Origin: a virus
Lineage: Duplodnaviria > Caudoviricetes
IMG/VR virus record: IMGVR_UViG_3300020391_000476
Location: 1-59,896 of that record
Strand: one strand, 5' to 3'
DNA: 59,896 nt
A program made the position numbers and the translations under genes. The stretch's first letter is position 1, and each line of letters starts with the position of its first letter. Of this stretch, positions 17,701 to 26,600 are shown piece by piece. Under the pieces are notes generated by a model. The model saw only the letters and a program-made list of their open reading frames with translations, was not told the origin of the DNA and searched no databases.

Positions 17701-19892
17701 TTTACTTTTTGAGGTATAAATTCAATTTCGCTTCCAAATTCGTTAGAAAAATCACTCATCATATACACAGGGTCTCTGGCATAATCAATATATTCTTGAT
17801 CACTTTCATCTACCATAGATATACCTGTGGCAAAACTATTTATAGAGTCGCCAGGTGTCATTTGTGTTCCTGTTATAAGAAATATACCAGCATTTGTGTT
17901 TGGCCCACCCCTCAATGCATTATCCATTATGACCGAACCTTGTTTATTACTATAATCAATAGTTCTACTATATGTCCCGAGAAATTTATCTGCATCAGGC
18001 CCCATTTTGTAGTAACCCATAGTTCCATTATATCTTGAAGACCTAACAGTTTCTCCCTGATTATAAGTATTAAAATTATTTCCATCATGAGTAACATGCT
18101 CGCCTGAAAATATCTTGTATTCGTCTATAAGTTCAGTTGCTTCATAAAAAGTTGAGTTAGGAGGTTCTCCTACATAAACAAAAGATCCAGACTGATAATC
18201 TCCACTTTTAGAGAATTCTTCATCAGTGCTTTGCATAACCTGATAGGTGATTGTTTTGTCATTTTCTTCGTAGGTCACCATTTCTCCTTGTGCATAAGTT
18301 ACTCCTTGCTCAAAAGGGTTTGATGGTAAAGCATAAGAGTATTCAGCGAAGTTAACGGTTCTTGGTCCGTACAATACTGTTCCAATTTCTTTAGTGTTTG
18401 CTGTAAATAAATATTGATCTTCTAATAATTCTTGATCTTCTGACCCAAAAGACATATCTATGTCAAATTCATTTATGTTATATGCGTCAAATCCGCCGTC
18501 TGCAGTTTCAAAGTTTATTTCTTTTACTGGGATATTATCAAGAAAAACACCCTGAAGGTAATCGTTATCAGGCTCTCTTGTTGGGGCAGGAGTAGCTGCA
18601 GAACTTAAAGATTCTGTCGATTGATTTGGGTCATTTAATTTAAATTCTCTGTCAAATTCCAGTTTCTTTCCGTTTTTATCAGAGAATCCATCTATTTCTC
18701 CTTCTGAAATTAAATCTATTGATTTAGATATGGATGTTGATTCTAGTTTATACCATCCGACTCCTTCTGACTTGTTTCCATTTCTATATCTTTGTCCTAC
18801 TTGAACTGGGAAAGCTCCATTTTCTTCATTTTTATTTTCGTTGTTTCCTTTTAAGTATGGCAAACTATCTTGGCTAAATATTATTGGATAAAATATTTTT
18901 TCTTTTAATTGGTCGTTCTCTTTAATTGGATCACTCTGTAAACAAACAAAAGAAGATATTATTGCGTCTCTTTCTGTTATAGCATACCTCTGGTTTTCAA
19001 TTAATTTTGCTTCAGCGTACCAGTTTCCAGTGTCTTCATTAAAAGACCCAAGAAACGCTTTGTTAACCCCTTTTGCAAAATTATAAAAATAATAATAATA
19101 ACCCCCAATAGAGTTACCTTTTTTTTCCATTCTTACGGTTCTACCTGTTTGCGAATCGACACTTTCGAAACCACCGTAAAGGCCGTCTATTGTGCCAAAT
19201 TCTGTGGCATCCGCAAGTCTTGCTATATATTGAAAAGCAGGATCTACCATCTTGTACCTACTCTCTCCATCAAATACGCTTCTAGCAAAACTTGAAACTA
19301 ATGGTCCAAGATCAACAAAATAGTGAGGGCTATAAGAGGGTATTAAACTATATAACCCATTACTAAAACTAAAAATTCTCTGAGTTTCTGAATTGTAGTC
19401 GTAATTTATATTACAAGAAGATATTACATTACTGCCCACAATCATTTTTCCATAGCCAACAGGAATTGTGGCGCCTTGATTAAATTTGTTTTCAGTGCCA
19501 TTATATAAGTAAGATTTAGTTTGAACCTTTAATACAGATTCATCTCTTTCCATGGCTTCCGCCATTTTTTTACTAATATACATTGATGCCGCCGTAGTTG
19601 CAGCCATAACAAGTAAACTTGTAATAAAACCTCCAGACCCTTGAGGCACAGGAAAAACATGCAAATCTTTTTCTGTTAACAAATTACATTCTTCTGCAGT
19701 AGCAAAACTTTTGGAGTTTGATTTTTTTATTCCATAGCATATTCCTTCTTGCTGTTTCTTGAACAAATATCTTTCGATTTCAGGTTCGTTTGCAAACAAA
19801 GCGTTCACAGCTTCTCCTGGAGTAAATACATTAAGCTCCCACTTTTTACCAAAGCGTTTGCCTAACTCTCCATGTAAATATACATTTTTCAT
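14739..19892 (-). CDS. Central tail tip protein: lambda gpI-like N-terminus fused to a gpJ-like host-specificity protein, with a C-type lectin-like C-terminal insert
   Basis: gpI: VYLHGELGKRFG...PVPQGSG, QGATIPVGYG. gpJ: DLISEGEIDG, LNYPNS, VPSNYD..R.Y.G.W.G.FK..WTDNPAWCLYD, EPRYTLN, GITSQAQAKR, LKPGDVI.V.D. Lectin-like: TWYEA...GGRVAQI...AWLGG...YFNW. Confidence 0.9.
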   Translation of the reverse strand: MKNVYLHGELGKRFGKKWELNVFTPGEAVNALFANEPEIERYLFKKQQEGICYGIKKSNSKSFATAEECNLLTEKDLHVFPVPQGSGGFITSLLVMAATTAASMYISKKMAEAMERDESVLKVQTKSYLYNGTENKFNQGATIPVGYGKMIVGSNVISSCNINYDYNSETQRIFSFSNGLYSLIPSYSPHYFVDLGPLVSSFARSVFDGESRYKMVDPAFQYIARLADATEFGTIDGLYGGFESVDSQTGRTVRMEKKGNSIGGYYYYFYNFAKGVNKAFLGSFNEDTGNWYAEAKLIENQRYAITERDAIISSFVCLQSDPIKENDQLKEKIFYPIIFSQDSLPYLKGNNENKNEENGAFPVQVGQRYRNGNKSEGVGWYKLESTSISKSIDLISEGEIDGFSDKNGKKLEFDREFKLNDPNQSTESLSSAATPAPTREPDNDYLQGVFLDNIPVKEINFETADGGFDAYNINEFDIDMSFGSEDQELLEDQYLFTANTKEIGTVLYGPRTVNFAEYSYALPSNPFEQGVTYAQGEMVTYEENDKTITYQVMQSTDEEFSKSGDYQSGSFVYVGEPPNSTFYEATELIDEYKIFSGEHVTHDGNNFNTYNQGETVRSSRYNGTMGYYKMGPDADKFLGTYSRTIDYSNKQGSVIMDNALRGGPNTNAGIFLITGTQMTPGDSINSFATGISMVDESDQEYIDYARDPVYMMSDFSNEFGSEIEFIPQKVNEADGSLSPDIANTVTVSVPAEIVSPVDISPSQEPTLWEQKQLTKPSDLEGVFRELQGSDLNNLVARKLQEENYESHRVINPLVEEAYVSLQIDELMYVYEGDEINVEYKIGKLWTFLLAGLSAYHIYKSISTISYSAAYSGIMTGAQAATSLSIGPAGVAALGLLSGHAGGHAAQEVKDGVASGVLVGVMGIILSFVLGNHRFKIGTKIENSGEFWPNKARFRIKYGNEGEELYSTDVYFYGIANSSYRKDIKIYFPPNPDQRDRVIKVYKLNRERNAVKEGEQAARYREKFALASITEITPVKLNYPNSVLIGTRVNAKDVSTIPKRTYHLRMKIVQVPSNYDSESRRYTGNWNGEFKPEPEWTDNPAWCLYDLISNKRFGVGRFGIKEENIDRWTLYKIAKYCDQMVPTGYSPKYKKRTFAEISNLSTPEFLKEFNYTGKKLAIFYDDGTYESITISSIDRNQNTISLSVEPKNDQFKCAVEIDYPLVEPRYTLNAYIMDKQNAFKLINEFALIFRAYSYWSGGAINFFQDEKKEAVMLFSNNNISEAGFAYSSTPKSSRTNACNIRYTDRYNMYRPKMERAEDREAVHENNMIEQTIDGFGITSQAQAKRATEFLVKSANMETEILSFQTSMIGSYLKPGDVIDVLDNKRTVGRFAGHIVDIQVDSRGMMAEVTIDHPMHTIIEPFNKLTWKNIEIYQPSGNETIASLDSAENVTDEDIDNMRFKQFGTYQVFDIDNDGKTLKLYNDLFTFVEGNFTWYEAILDAREKGGRVAQITDESSQLLSEIVLPKDQIAWLGGYNREEPPPEKLVWENSPDCNDGIQYFNWAKDYPKFSTVLETDNQEENFIVDDPFSDSFLAGDHTEGLSGHRFITINGSENEDEHGKWKHEKLSQRYGYILEKISNDSLEKIADSQGTTFILNDSVNFAKPKQYKVINITEESNGLFNIQALEYDIDKFDNIEKDISIRNPEHPVVFTSGSTYENT

Positions 19893-19917
19893 CCTTGTTC
19901 CTGTGTTATATTTACAC
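19893..19917 (-). promoter_or_regulatory. GTGTA element plus AGGAACAAGG leader
   Basis: Minus strand GTGTA-AATATAACAC-AGGAACAAGG-ATG. The GTGTAA overlaps the stop codon of the upstream gene. Confidence 0.6.
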
Positions 19918-20637
19918 TAATTGAGGGTGCCTGTACACTCCTTTGATTTTTTTTTGCCACCTTTTATCTAAAAGAGTTTTTTGAGATATGCTGTTTCCAC
20001 ATTGATGAATAAAATAATCATCTCCCTGATACACACCCACGTGTTTTCTTCCTTCTTTTTTTATTTTAAAAATAATTATGTCGTGTTTTTTTAATTCGTT
20101 TTTTTCTTTATAAATAAAGTTTGAATGCATCACATTTTCTAAAATTCTATTAGATTCTTTGTCGCATTCAGGCAGCCAATAATTATAATGATATCTTGTT
20201 ATATTAATATTTAATTCTTTAATAAAATAATCCTTAAGCAGGCAAGTACATTCGTAGAAACCTTTAATATATGGTCTTTTTAATAAATTATCGGGTTCAA
20301 AAGAATAAGGAAAATGCAAGAAAAATTTGTCAGTAAAAATACTGTATATAAAAAAAGGAATACCAAGCTCTTGAGATATATTTAAATCGTGTAGAGAAGG
20401 GTTCTCATTTCCTTCAGGGTGAGAATGATATATTCCTAGTATTTTTTTGTTGAGTTTTTTTTCTAAGAAGGTTTTTGGAGATATTGAAAATGAAAGTTTT
20501 TTATTTGGATTCTCATTCTTTACTCTTTCTACTGATATTGTATTGTCTGGGTTTAATATAATAAAACCACAAATTTCTTCTTCGGGCTTTTCTAAAGCAT
20601 GCGCTTTTACTTGCTCATGAAAATTATTTAAACTCAT
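19912..20637 (-). CDS. Lambda gpK-like tail assembly protein (JAB/MPN plus NlpC/P60 domains)
   Basis: EEICG...YHSHP...PSLHD (JAB); RPY..G.YEC...HVGVY...FIH (NlpC/P60). Lies between the gpL and gpI-J homologs. Confidence 0.9.
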   Translation of the reverse strand: MSLNNFHEQVKAHALEKPEEEICGFIILNPDNTISVERVKNENPNKKLSFSISPKTFLEKKLNKKILGIYHSHPEGNENPSLHDLNISQELGIPFFIYSIFTDKFFLHFPYSFEPDNLLKRPYIKGFYECTCLLKDYFIKELNINITRYHYNYWLPECDKESNRILENVMHSNFIYKEKNELKKHDIIIFKIKKEGRKHVGVYQGDDYFIHQCGNSISQKTLLDKRWQKKIKGVYRHPQLV

Positions 20638-21643
20638 ACGGATCTATTCCAGGGAAACCTCCATAAGGAAGCCCGTTACCGCTTTCCGTCCAAATAACAG
20701 GGTCTCCAGGTTTGTTTTTTGCATTCATCCTTAAGCATCCTCCTGCCCCAGTGGCTTCTGGAGAAAATCTTAGCCTGCAACCGCAGAGAGTTTTGTCGCA
20801 ATCATCTAGTCTCCAGTTTTCAGTATCTCTAATTGGGTTAGATCTTATATTGTCATTAAGGCATACGTAAATATTTACTGGGTAAATTTCTCTATCGCTG
20901 TCTAATGGTTCTACTTTTACAACATCTCCTTTGTTGTATACTTGATTTCTTGTCCAGTCCCCTGTTTCCGCTCCTCCAAAATCTCCGTTTGGTTGCTCGA
21001 TATAAACTTCCTCGCCGACCATTTGACCAGTATATCCACTAGGCACGAATCTTTTATTCTTTTGATCAGATATAGGCTTGCCTTTATAGCCGCACCCTAT
21101 TTCACTTCTGTATTGCCAGCCACAATAATTAGAATACATTGTGCGCGCAGGTATATTTGCGTTTTGTAATTCCAATAACGATACTAATTCGAATTCTACA
21201 ACATTATCGTCTTCTTTTGTTTTTTGATTAACATAGAAAACATCTTCAACAAATGAGCTATCTGGATCAGGGTCAGCATGAGGATTAACATTGTTAGGGA
21301 AATTTACATCATCTATATATCTTACAAAGGTTTTAATTCTGGTAACCTTATAATTTATAAAGTCTTTAAAAACTCCAAGCCTCATTGATATGTTGCCGTT
21401 TTGATTTGAGAAAGTTAATTTTGGACGAGGCAATTTTCCATCTCCATGCATTTCAAAGCCTTCAACTTTTATGGGGTAATAATTATATTCTTTTTCGTTG
21501 AAAATTATTGGATTATTATATCCATTTTCTCCCGCATGAAATCTATATTCTCCTTGATCCTTGAGGTCTACAACATAAAGAAGGACAACGGTTGACGGTT
21601 CTGTTGCGAATATTTCTTTATTTATTTTTGATGTGTTTTTCAT
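20624..21643 (-). CDS. Lambda gpL-like minor tail protein
   Basis: YPIKVEGFE..GDGKLPRPKL, KVTRIKTF.RY.D..NF, VEFELVS, CGWQYR...CGY.G, CDK...GC.LRF, YGGFPG (the conserved Fe-S cysteines). Confidence 0.92.
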   Translation of the reverse strand: MKNTSKINKEIFATEPSTVVLLYVVDLKDQGEYRFHAGENGYNNPIIFNEKEYNYYPIKVEGFEMHGDGKLPRPKLTFSNQNGNISMRLGVFKDFINYKVTRIKTFVRYIDDVNFPNNVNPHADPDPDSSFVEDVFYVNQKTKEDDNVVEFELVSLLELQNANIPARTMYSNYCGWQYRSEIGCGYKGKPISDQKNKRFVPSGYTGQMVGEEVYIEQPNGDFGGAETGDWTRNQVYNKGDVVKVEPLDSDREIYPVNIYVCLNDNIRSNPIRDTENWRLDDCDKTLCGCRLRFSPEATGAGGCLRMNAKNKPGDPVIWTESGNGLPYGGFPGIDPYEFK

Positions 21644-21644
21644 T

Positions 21645-22805
21645 TTAAGATTCTAAGATTTTTTCGTTTTGAAAATCACCTTCATCGCATAAAAACATTT
21701 CTATACTCCCAGGTGGATTTATTTCTCTTAAAAATAAAGATTGATTTGTCATCAAATCAATTGATTCAATTGGTTGATTTTTTACTTTTAAAACTATGTA
21801 AATGTTTCCATTATAATTAACTTCTTCGTAATCTTCTGTTGAAAAATCAGTTCGATATGATGTAAAATCATTTATGTTTACTACGTGATCAAATCCTACG
21901 TTGTATAAATTTGTTTTAGTATTATCGACATTATTTTTTTGTAGACCAGATACATGCAGGAAAACCCCACGCAAAGTACCACTTATCCCGTAATCACCAT
22001 AAACATCAAACCAAGAATTTTGATCAAAATATTCAGCGTATTCTTTTAAAGCTCCACTTATGCCGCTAAAATAGTTTTCAGCGCTAGGATCTTGTTTTGG
22101 ATTCGTATATTGTAATGTATGTTTTTTTCTCAAAAAGAATTCATTTTGAAAAGTAGGGGGCTCGTAATTTTCTAATGATGATTGGTTAAACTCTTGGTCG
22201 AAATTACTTTTATTCTCTAGCCATTCCAAGTCATGTTCTACGTTGGGGCATAATAATTCACCTGTAAGTATAAAGCTTGCATCACATGGGGCCTTATTGC
22301 AGTTTATTATAGGAAACCCTGGGAGCATTCTAACTTCTGCGCCAAATTTATCACCAGTTCTATTTTCTGGGGTTCCTGCATTTCCGTGTTTTATTTCTTC
22401 ATAGAGGGGGTGAAAGTATGTATTCACTTTTATTTTTTCCCTTGGATTAATAGTGAAAGGTAATTGGTTTACATTTCCAGACGAGTAAACTTCTATTCCA
22501 GTATAATCTGGGAATTGAAACAAAGAAAACCTGACAGGTTCAGACACCTTCATTCCTGTAACTGTGATAGGCAAAGTGCAAGAGTTAATCATCGTAAAGC
22601 TTCCAGAAGCAGCAACTCCTTGCTCGCAAGCGTTTCGACAATCTATTTCAAAACTGGCGCTAGACTCAACTTCCAACAGCAACCCATTTTCGGTCTTAGT
22701 CTGAAGTAGTATGGGTTCACTTTCTACTTCTAAAAACCTAGGATTTTCTTTTATATTAGTCTCACTAAACGTGATATCATAATCATCTGGATTAATAAAA
22801 CTCAT
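21645..22805 (-). CDS. Tail-associated protein with an Ig-like (ASH/PapD-like) domain
   Basis: FTMINSCTLPITVTG...LPFTINPREKIKVNTYFHP; lies within the tail tip genes. Confidence 0.55.
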   Translation of the reverse strand: MSFINPDDYDITFSETNIKENPRFLEVESEPILLQTKTENGLLLEVESSASFEIDCRNACEQGVAASGSFTMINSCTLPITVTGMKVSEPVRFSLFQFPDYTGIEVYSSGNVNQLPFTINPREKIKVNTYFHPLYEEIKHGNAGTPENRTGDKFGAEVRMLPGFPIINCNKAPCDASFILTGELLCPNVEHDLEWLENKSNFDQEFNQSSLENYEPPTFQNEFFLRKKHTLQYTNPKQDPSAENYFSGISGALKEYAEYFDQNSWFDVYGDYGISGTLRGVFLHVSGLQKNNVDNTKTNLYNVGFDHVVNINDFTSYRTDFSTEDYEEVNYNGNIYIVLKVKNQPIESIDLMTNQSLFLREINPPGSIEMFLCDEGDFQNEKILES

Positions 22806-23644
22806 CTATTTGAAATTCCGTACCTTACTATATTAGTTGTATCAGGCTGTGTTTCGCCTTCTTCTACTGGCCCTATTTGGTTATTTTTATTTGGCGTTTC
22901 GCTTCCTGGAATTAGATTTCCACTTCCATCTTTGCATGAAGTTCGTACCCATCTTCCATTTTCATATTTATAGCAATAATCGTCAGGTATATTTTTCAAC
23001 TCTCCATCATCATCTCTCCCTAATCTTGAATTATTATTGCCAGGTGTACAATCAATTGTTATCTTCCCTTTTGGCCAACCATGCATATCAGTTGTTGAAA
23101 AAAGTGATATTTTATCAAAATGTGTTTTTGAATTTATTCCATATTTTTTCCAAAAATTACTTATTGTATTTCCATCTTCGTCTTCGTATTCTCCTTCGTA
23201 TGTTGCTTCTCCATTTCCCCAGGAAGGTCTGAACCCCCATTTTGCATTATTTAAAATAAAAGGCCCAATGCAATCAAATTCAATTATATTTTCGTCATCT
23301 TGGTTAAAAATCATGACTCTTGTTGTGGTGTCAACTACTATTGAGTCAAAAGTTCTTTCCATTGCATTTGGAGCTAAGTCTGATAAATTTTTCTTTACTA
23401 CTCCGTCGTAGCTGTCAAAATTGTCTCCGCCAATTGTTTCGCCTATAGCCATGCCAAAATCATGAGTTAAAAATGGGTTGGTTATGTGATACGCTTGTCT
23501 TTCTCTGATGGAGCCCTGTAAACCTCCATTAAAATGAATCCTGCAACCAGGCCCTGGAACTGGGGGAGCCTGATAGGAAACCTTTAACTTTTTATTTTCT
23601 TCTAAGTCTTGGTTTTGTGGTTCTATTATAAATTCAGTTTCCAT
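22802..23644 (-). CDS. Hypothetical tail-region protein
   Basis: 280-aa ORF coupled to the next gene. FDSIVVD..TRVMIF...D..GP weakly recalls a beta/gamma-crystallin motif. Confidence 0.6.
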   Translation of the reverse strand: METEFIIEPQNQDLEENKKLKVSYQAPPVPGPGCRIHFNGGLQGSIRERQAYHITNPFLTHDFGMAIGETIGGDNFDSYDGVVKKNLSDLAPNAMERTFDSIVVDTTTRVMIFNQDDENIIEFDCIGPFILNNAKWGFRPSWGNGEATYEGEYEDEDGNTISNFWKKYGINSKTHFDKISLFSTTDMHGWPKGKITIDCTPGNNNSRLGRDDDGELKNIPDDYCYKYENGRWVRTSCKDGSGNLIPGSETPNKNNQIGPVEEGETQPDTTNIVRYGISNR

Positions 23645-23659
23645 ATTTTAATTTAATGT

Positions 23660-26600
23660 TTAAGATATTTCTGATGACACGCCTATTGGGAACCTAGCAT
23701 AACAGTCCATTTTTTCATCTTTTAAATCTTCTGCGTTAAATACTAGTTCGATTTTTTCTGTTTCTGTTGATTGAGAGTTAAATCTAATTCCAAAAAATAA
23801 ATCTATAGATTCTCCATCTTGTAAAACTGGTATATGATTGTAATCACCGTGGTAACTATTAGCTTCATCAACATTGCCAATATTATAATCTATAATATCT
23901 ATGCCTTTATCGCTTGTAAAAACCCTGACAGGAAAATCCTTAAAAGCTACTCCAGTATTATTTACTCCTTCTGTTCTTATTTCTTCTACTCTTATAAGGT
24001 CTGTGAGCAATTTTTCTCCACTGTCTAAAACTATAGTTTCTCCAGCTTCGGTTTGTATTTGAAAATTTTCTTTTAAAGGATCCCAGCCTTTGTCAAATAT
24101 TTCAGGCTTTCCGTTTCTCCAAACTTCATGTTTAGTATTAAAATTTTTCCAAAGAATGTTGGATTTTTTACTCGCTAAAAGTTTTTCATTTATAGGATCA
24201 CCAAAATATTGACCTCCATATCCTAATATGTTATTTTCATGACTGGAAAGAGTTGACGTCATTTCAAAATTTTCAAAATCATTATTTTTTGTTATACCTG
24301 ACCTTATAATTTCTGTAGTCCATTCAGTTAATCCTCCGTCAGAGAAAAAGTTTATTATTGTATTTTTTATTTTTATTGGATTTGGTCCGCAATTTTTAAT
24401 ATTTATTGAAAATAAATTTTGAGCGCCAGTATCATAAGTTAACGATTCAATTACTTCAAAAAAGTTTACGGCTCTAGAAGCTTCTTCGCTCCCAGATCCA
24501 CCATTACTTATTTCATAGCACATTTGTATGTCTTCTAAGTCAATAGCAGAATTGTAATCCTCAGCGTATTCGTAGAACTTTGAGTTTATTTGATTATATA
24601 TGCCCAATGAAACTGGAAATATAGTGGTTTTTAAATTATCTCCATACCAGTTTGGATTGGTCAACGATGGATCGTAATTTTGATAGACATCCTCGCTTCC
24701 AAAATCTCCATCGGGTGAAAAATCAGGATTGTATAAATATGAATAAAACTCACCACCTTCCCCAGGAAATTCTTGTTCTGAAGCAGCATAAGAAAATTCT
24801 TTCATCATTTCTCTTGGACTACCTTCTCCAAAGTCTCCTAAAACTGAATCAAGAGGCCTTCTCTTAGATAATTCATTTCCATCTCTTAAGGCTAATCTAA
24901 TTCTATCCATTTCACTAGATTCATTTTGCCTGAAGTTAAAGTCACTAATTAAAAAAATATATCTTTCTGATATTATAGATGCTCTATTTGAATTATATAA
25001 TTGAGATAGTGCGTCGCATATATTTTTAATATATTCTTTACCCCTTTGATTATTGTGAACCGTGTCACGGAGCCTTTCTTGAATAAACTTTTTGTCAAAA
25101 GATTTTGGGTAATTAGGTAAATCTAAAATTCTATTTTCATCTAAAGGCAAATTCCCCATTGCGCTATGACCTACTATACAAATTCCTATATTTACTCTGT
25201 TTTGTTCTATTCTTACATTAAATCTTTTGAAACCTTCTACATCATAACCTTGTGACTTTAAATGGTTTTCAAAATTTATAGAATTTGTTTCTTCATATAT
25301 CTCAGAATAACTTCCTGAATACCAAGGAGGTTCACCAGATGTATCGTATTTGCCTCCATAGTTTTCGCTGTAAGGGAATTTATTTCTATCATATCCAGTA
25401 ACAGATTTTATCAATGAGTCTATGATTATTTGATATTTTGAAAATTCCCCGACACCATCAATATTTAATAATTGCTGAGACACCGCTGCGCTCCCGTCAA
25501 TAACAAAAATTAAATCCATCTGTTTATTTTTTGGTTTTGCTATGAAAGTGTTATTTTTAAATTCTAATCCGCTTTGATGACTAGCAACAGCTACAGAAGA
25601 AAAAGTGCAAAGCGAATGCCTGTTTATATTATCAAATAAGGTTACTCCAAAACAAGGCTCTTCTATGTTACCCACATCTTCTTGTATGTTTGTGGTAGAT
25701 TCGATAAAAGTTGCGCTTATCAAATGGTTATTTTTATATACAATATCATGCTGCCAATCAGGACAGTAAAATACAGAGTTGTTAGGTCTTCCAGGTGTCG
25801 TTAAAGAACTGTCATCTGCTCCGTATGGTCTAGGCATTGCAAACCTAAATTTTTTATAACCCAAATGACTCTCTAAAAATTGTAAAATTTCTACAGCTTC
25901 ATCATCATCTCTCATATCAAACACAACATTAAATGTGGACATGTTTTGATTGATTGATTTTTTATACCTTTTATTATAATACTCTAAAAATTTTGATTGA
26001 GTATGGGTTGGTTTTTGTGATAAATTAAAAGAAAGGGTTGGACGGTGCTCAAAATTTCTAACCTTATAATATGGAAATTTAGCAATTTTTTCTGGGTCTT
26101 CTAGGTAAATACTACTTCTTCCGCAGATTGCTGGAACAATTGTGTTGTAGTTTTCTCCTGATTTTAAAGTAAAGTTAGATAAAGGTGTCACCTCAAAAGA
26201 ATATGAATCTTTACCTATATCTGATTCCAGCTCTAATTGTACATAATTACTTAAATGTATTATTCTTTTTCTTTTTTTCCCAGTTACTTTGTCAGTAAAA
26301 TCTTTTGTTATCACGTCACATCCCTCTGGAAATAAAGCATTAGCCGCCAAACAATCTTGAGGGCAAAACTTTAGTTTACTTACAGATGCGGGAGCGTCTT
26401 TTGTTTTATCTAAAACTACAAATACGTTATCTTCTTCGTCTTCTAGTATTTCTTCTGGGTTTGCTGTTAACCCCAAATAGTTTCCAACATCAGATGCATC
26501 TCCTGAATCAAGAAGTCTAGATTTTAATACTAATTTAGGAATTTCTTCAGTTATTAAAGTTTCGCAAGAATCTAATTGAACATTGATGTTTAAATCTGTT

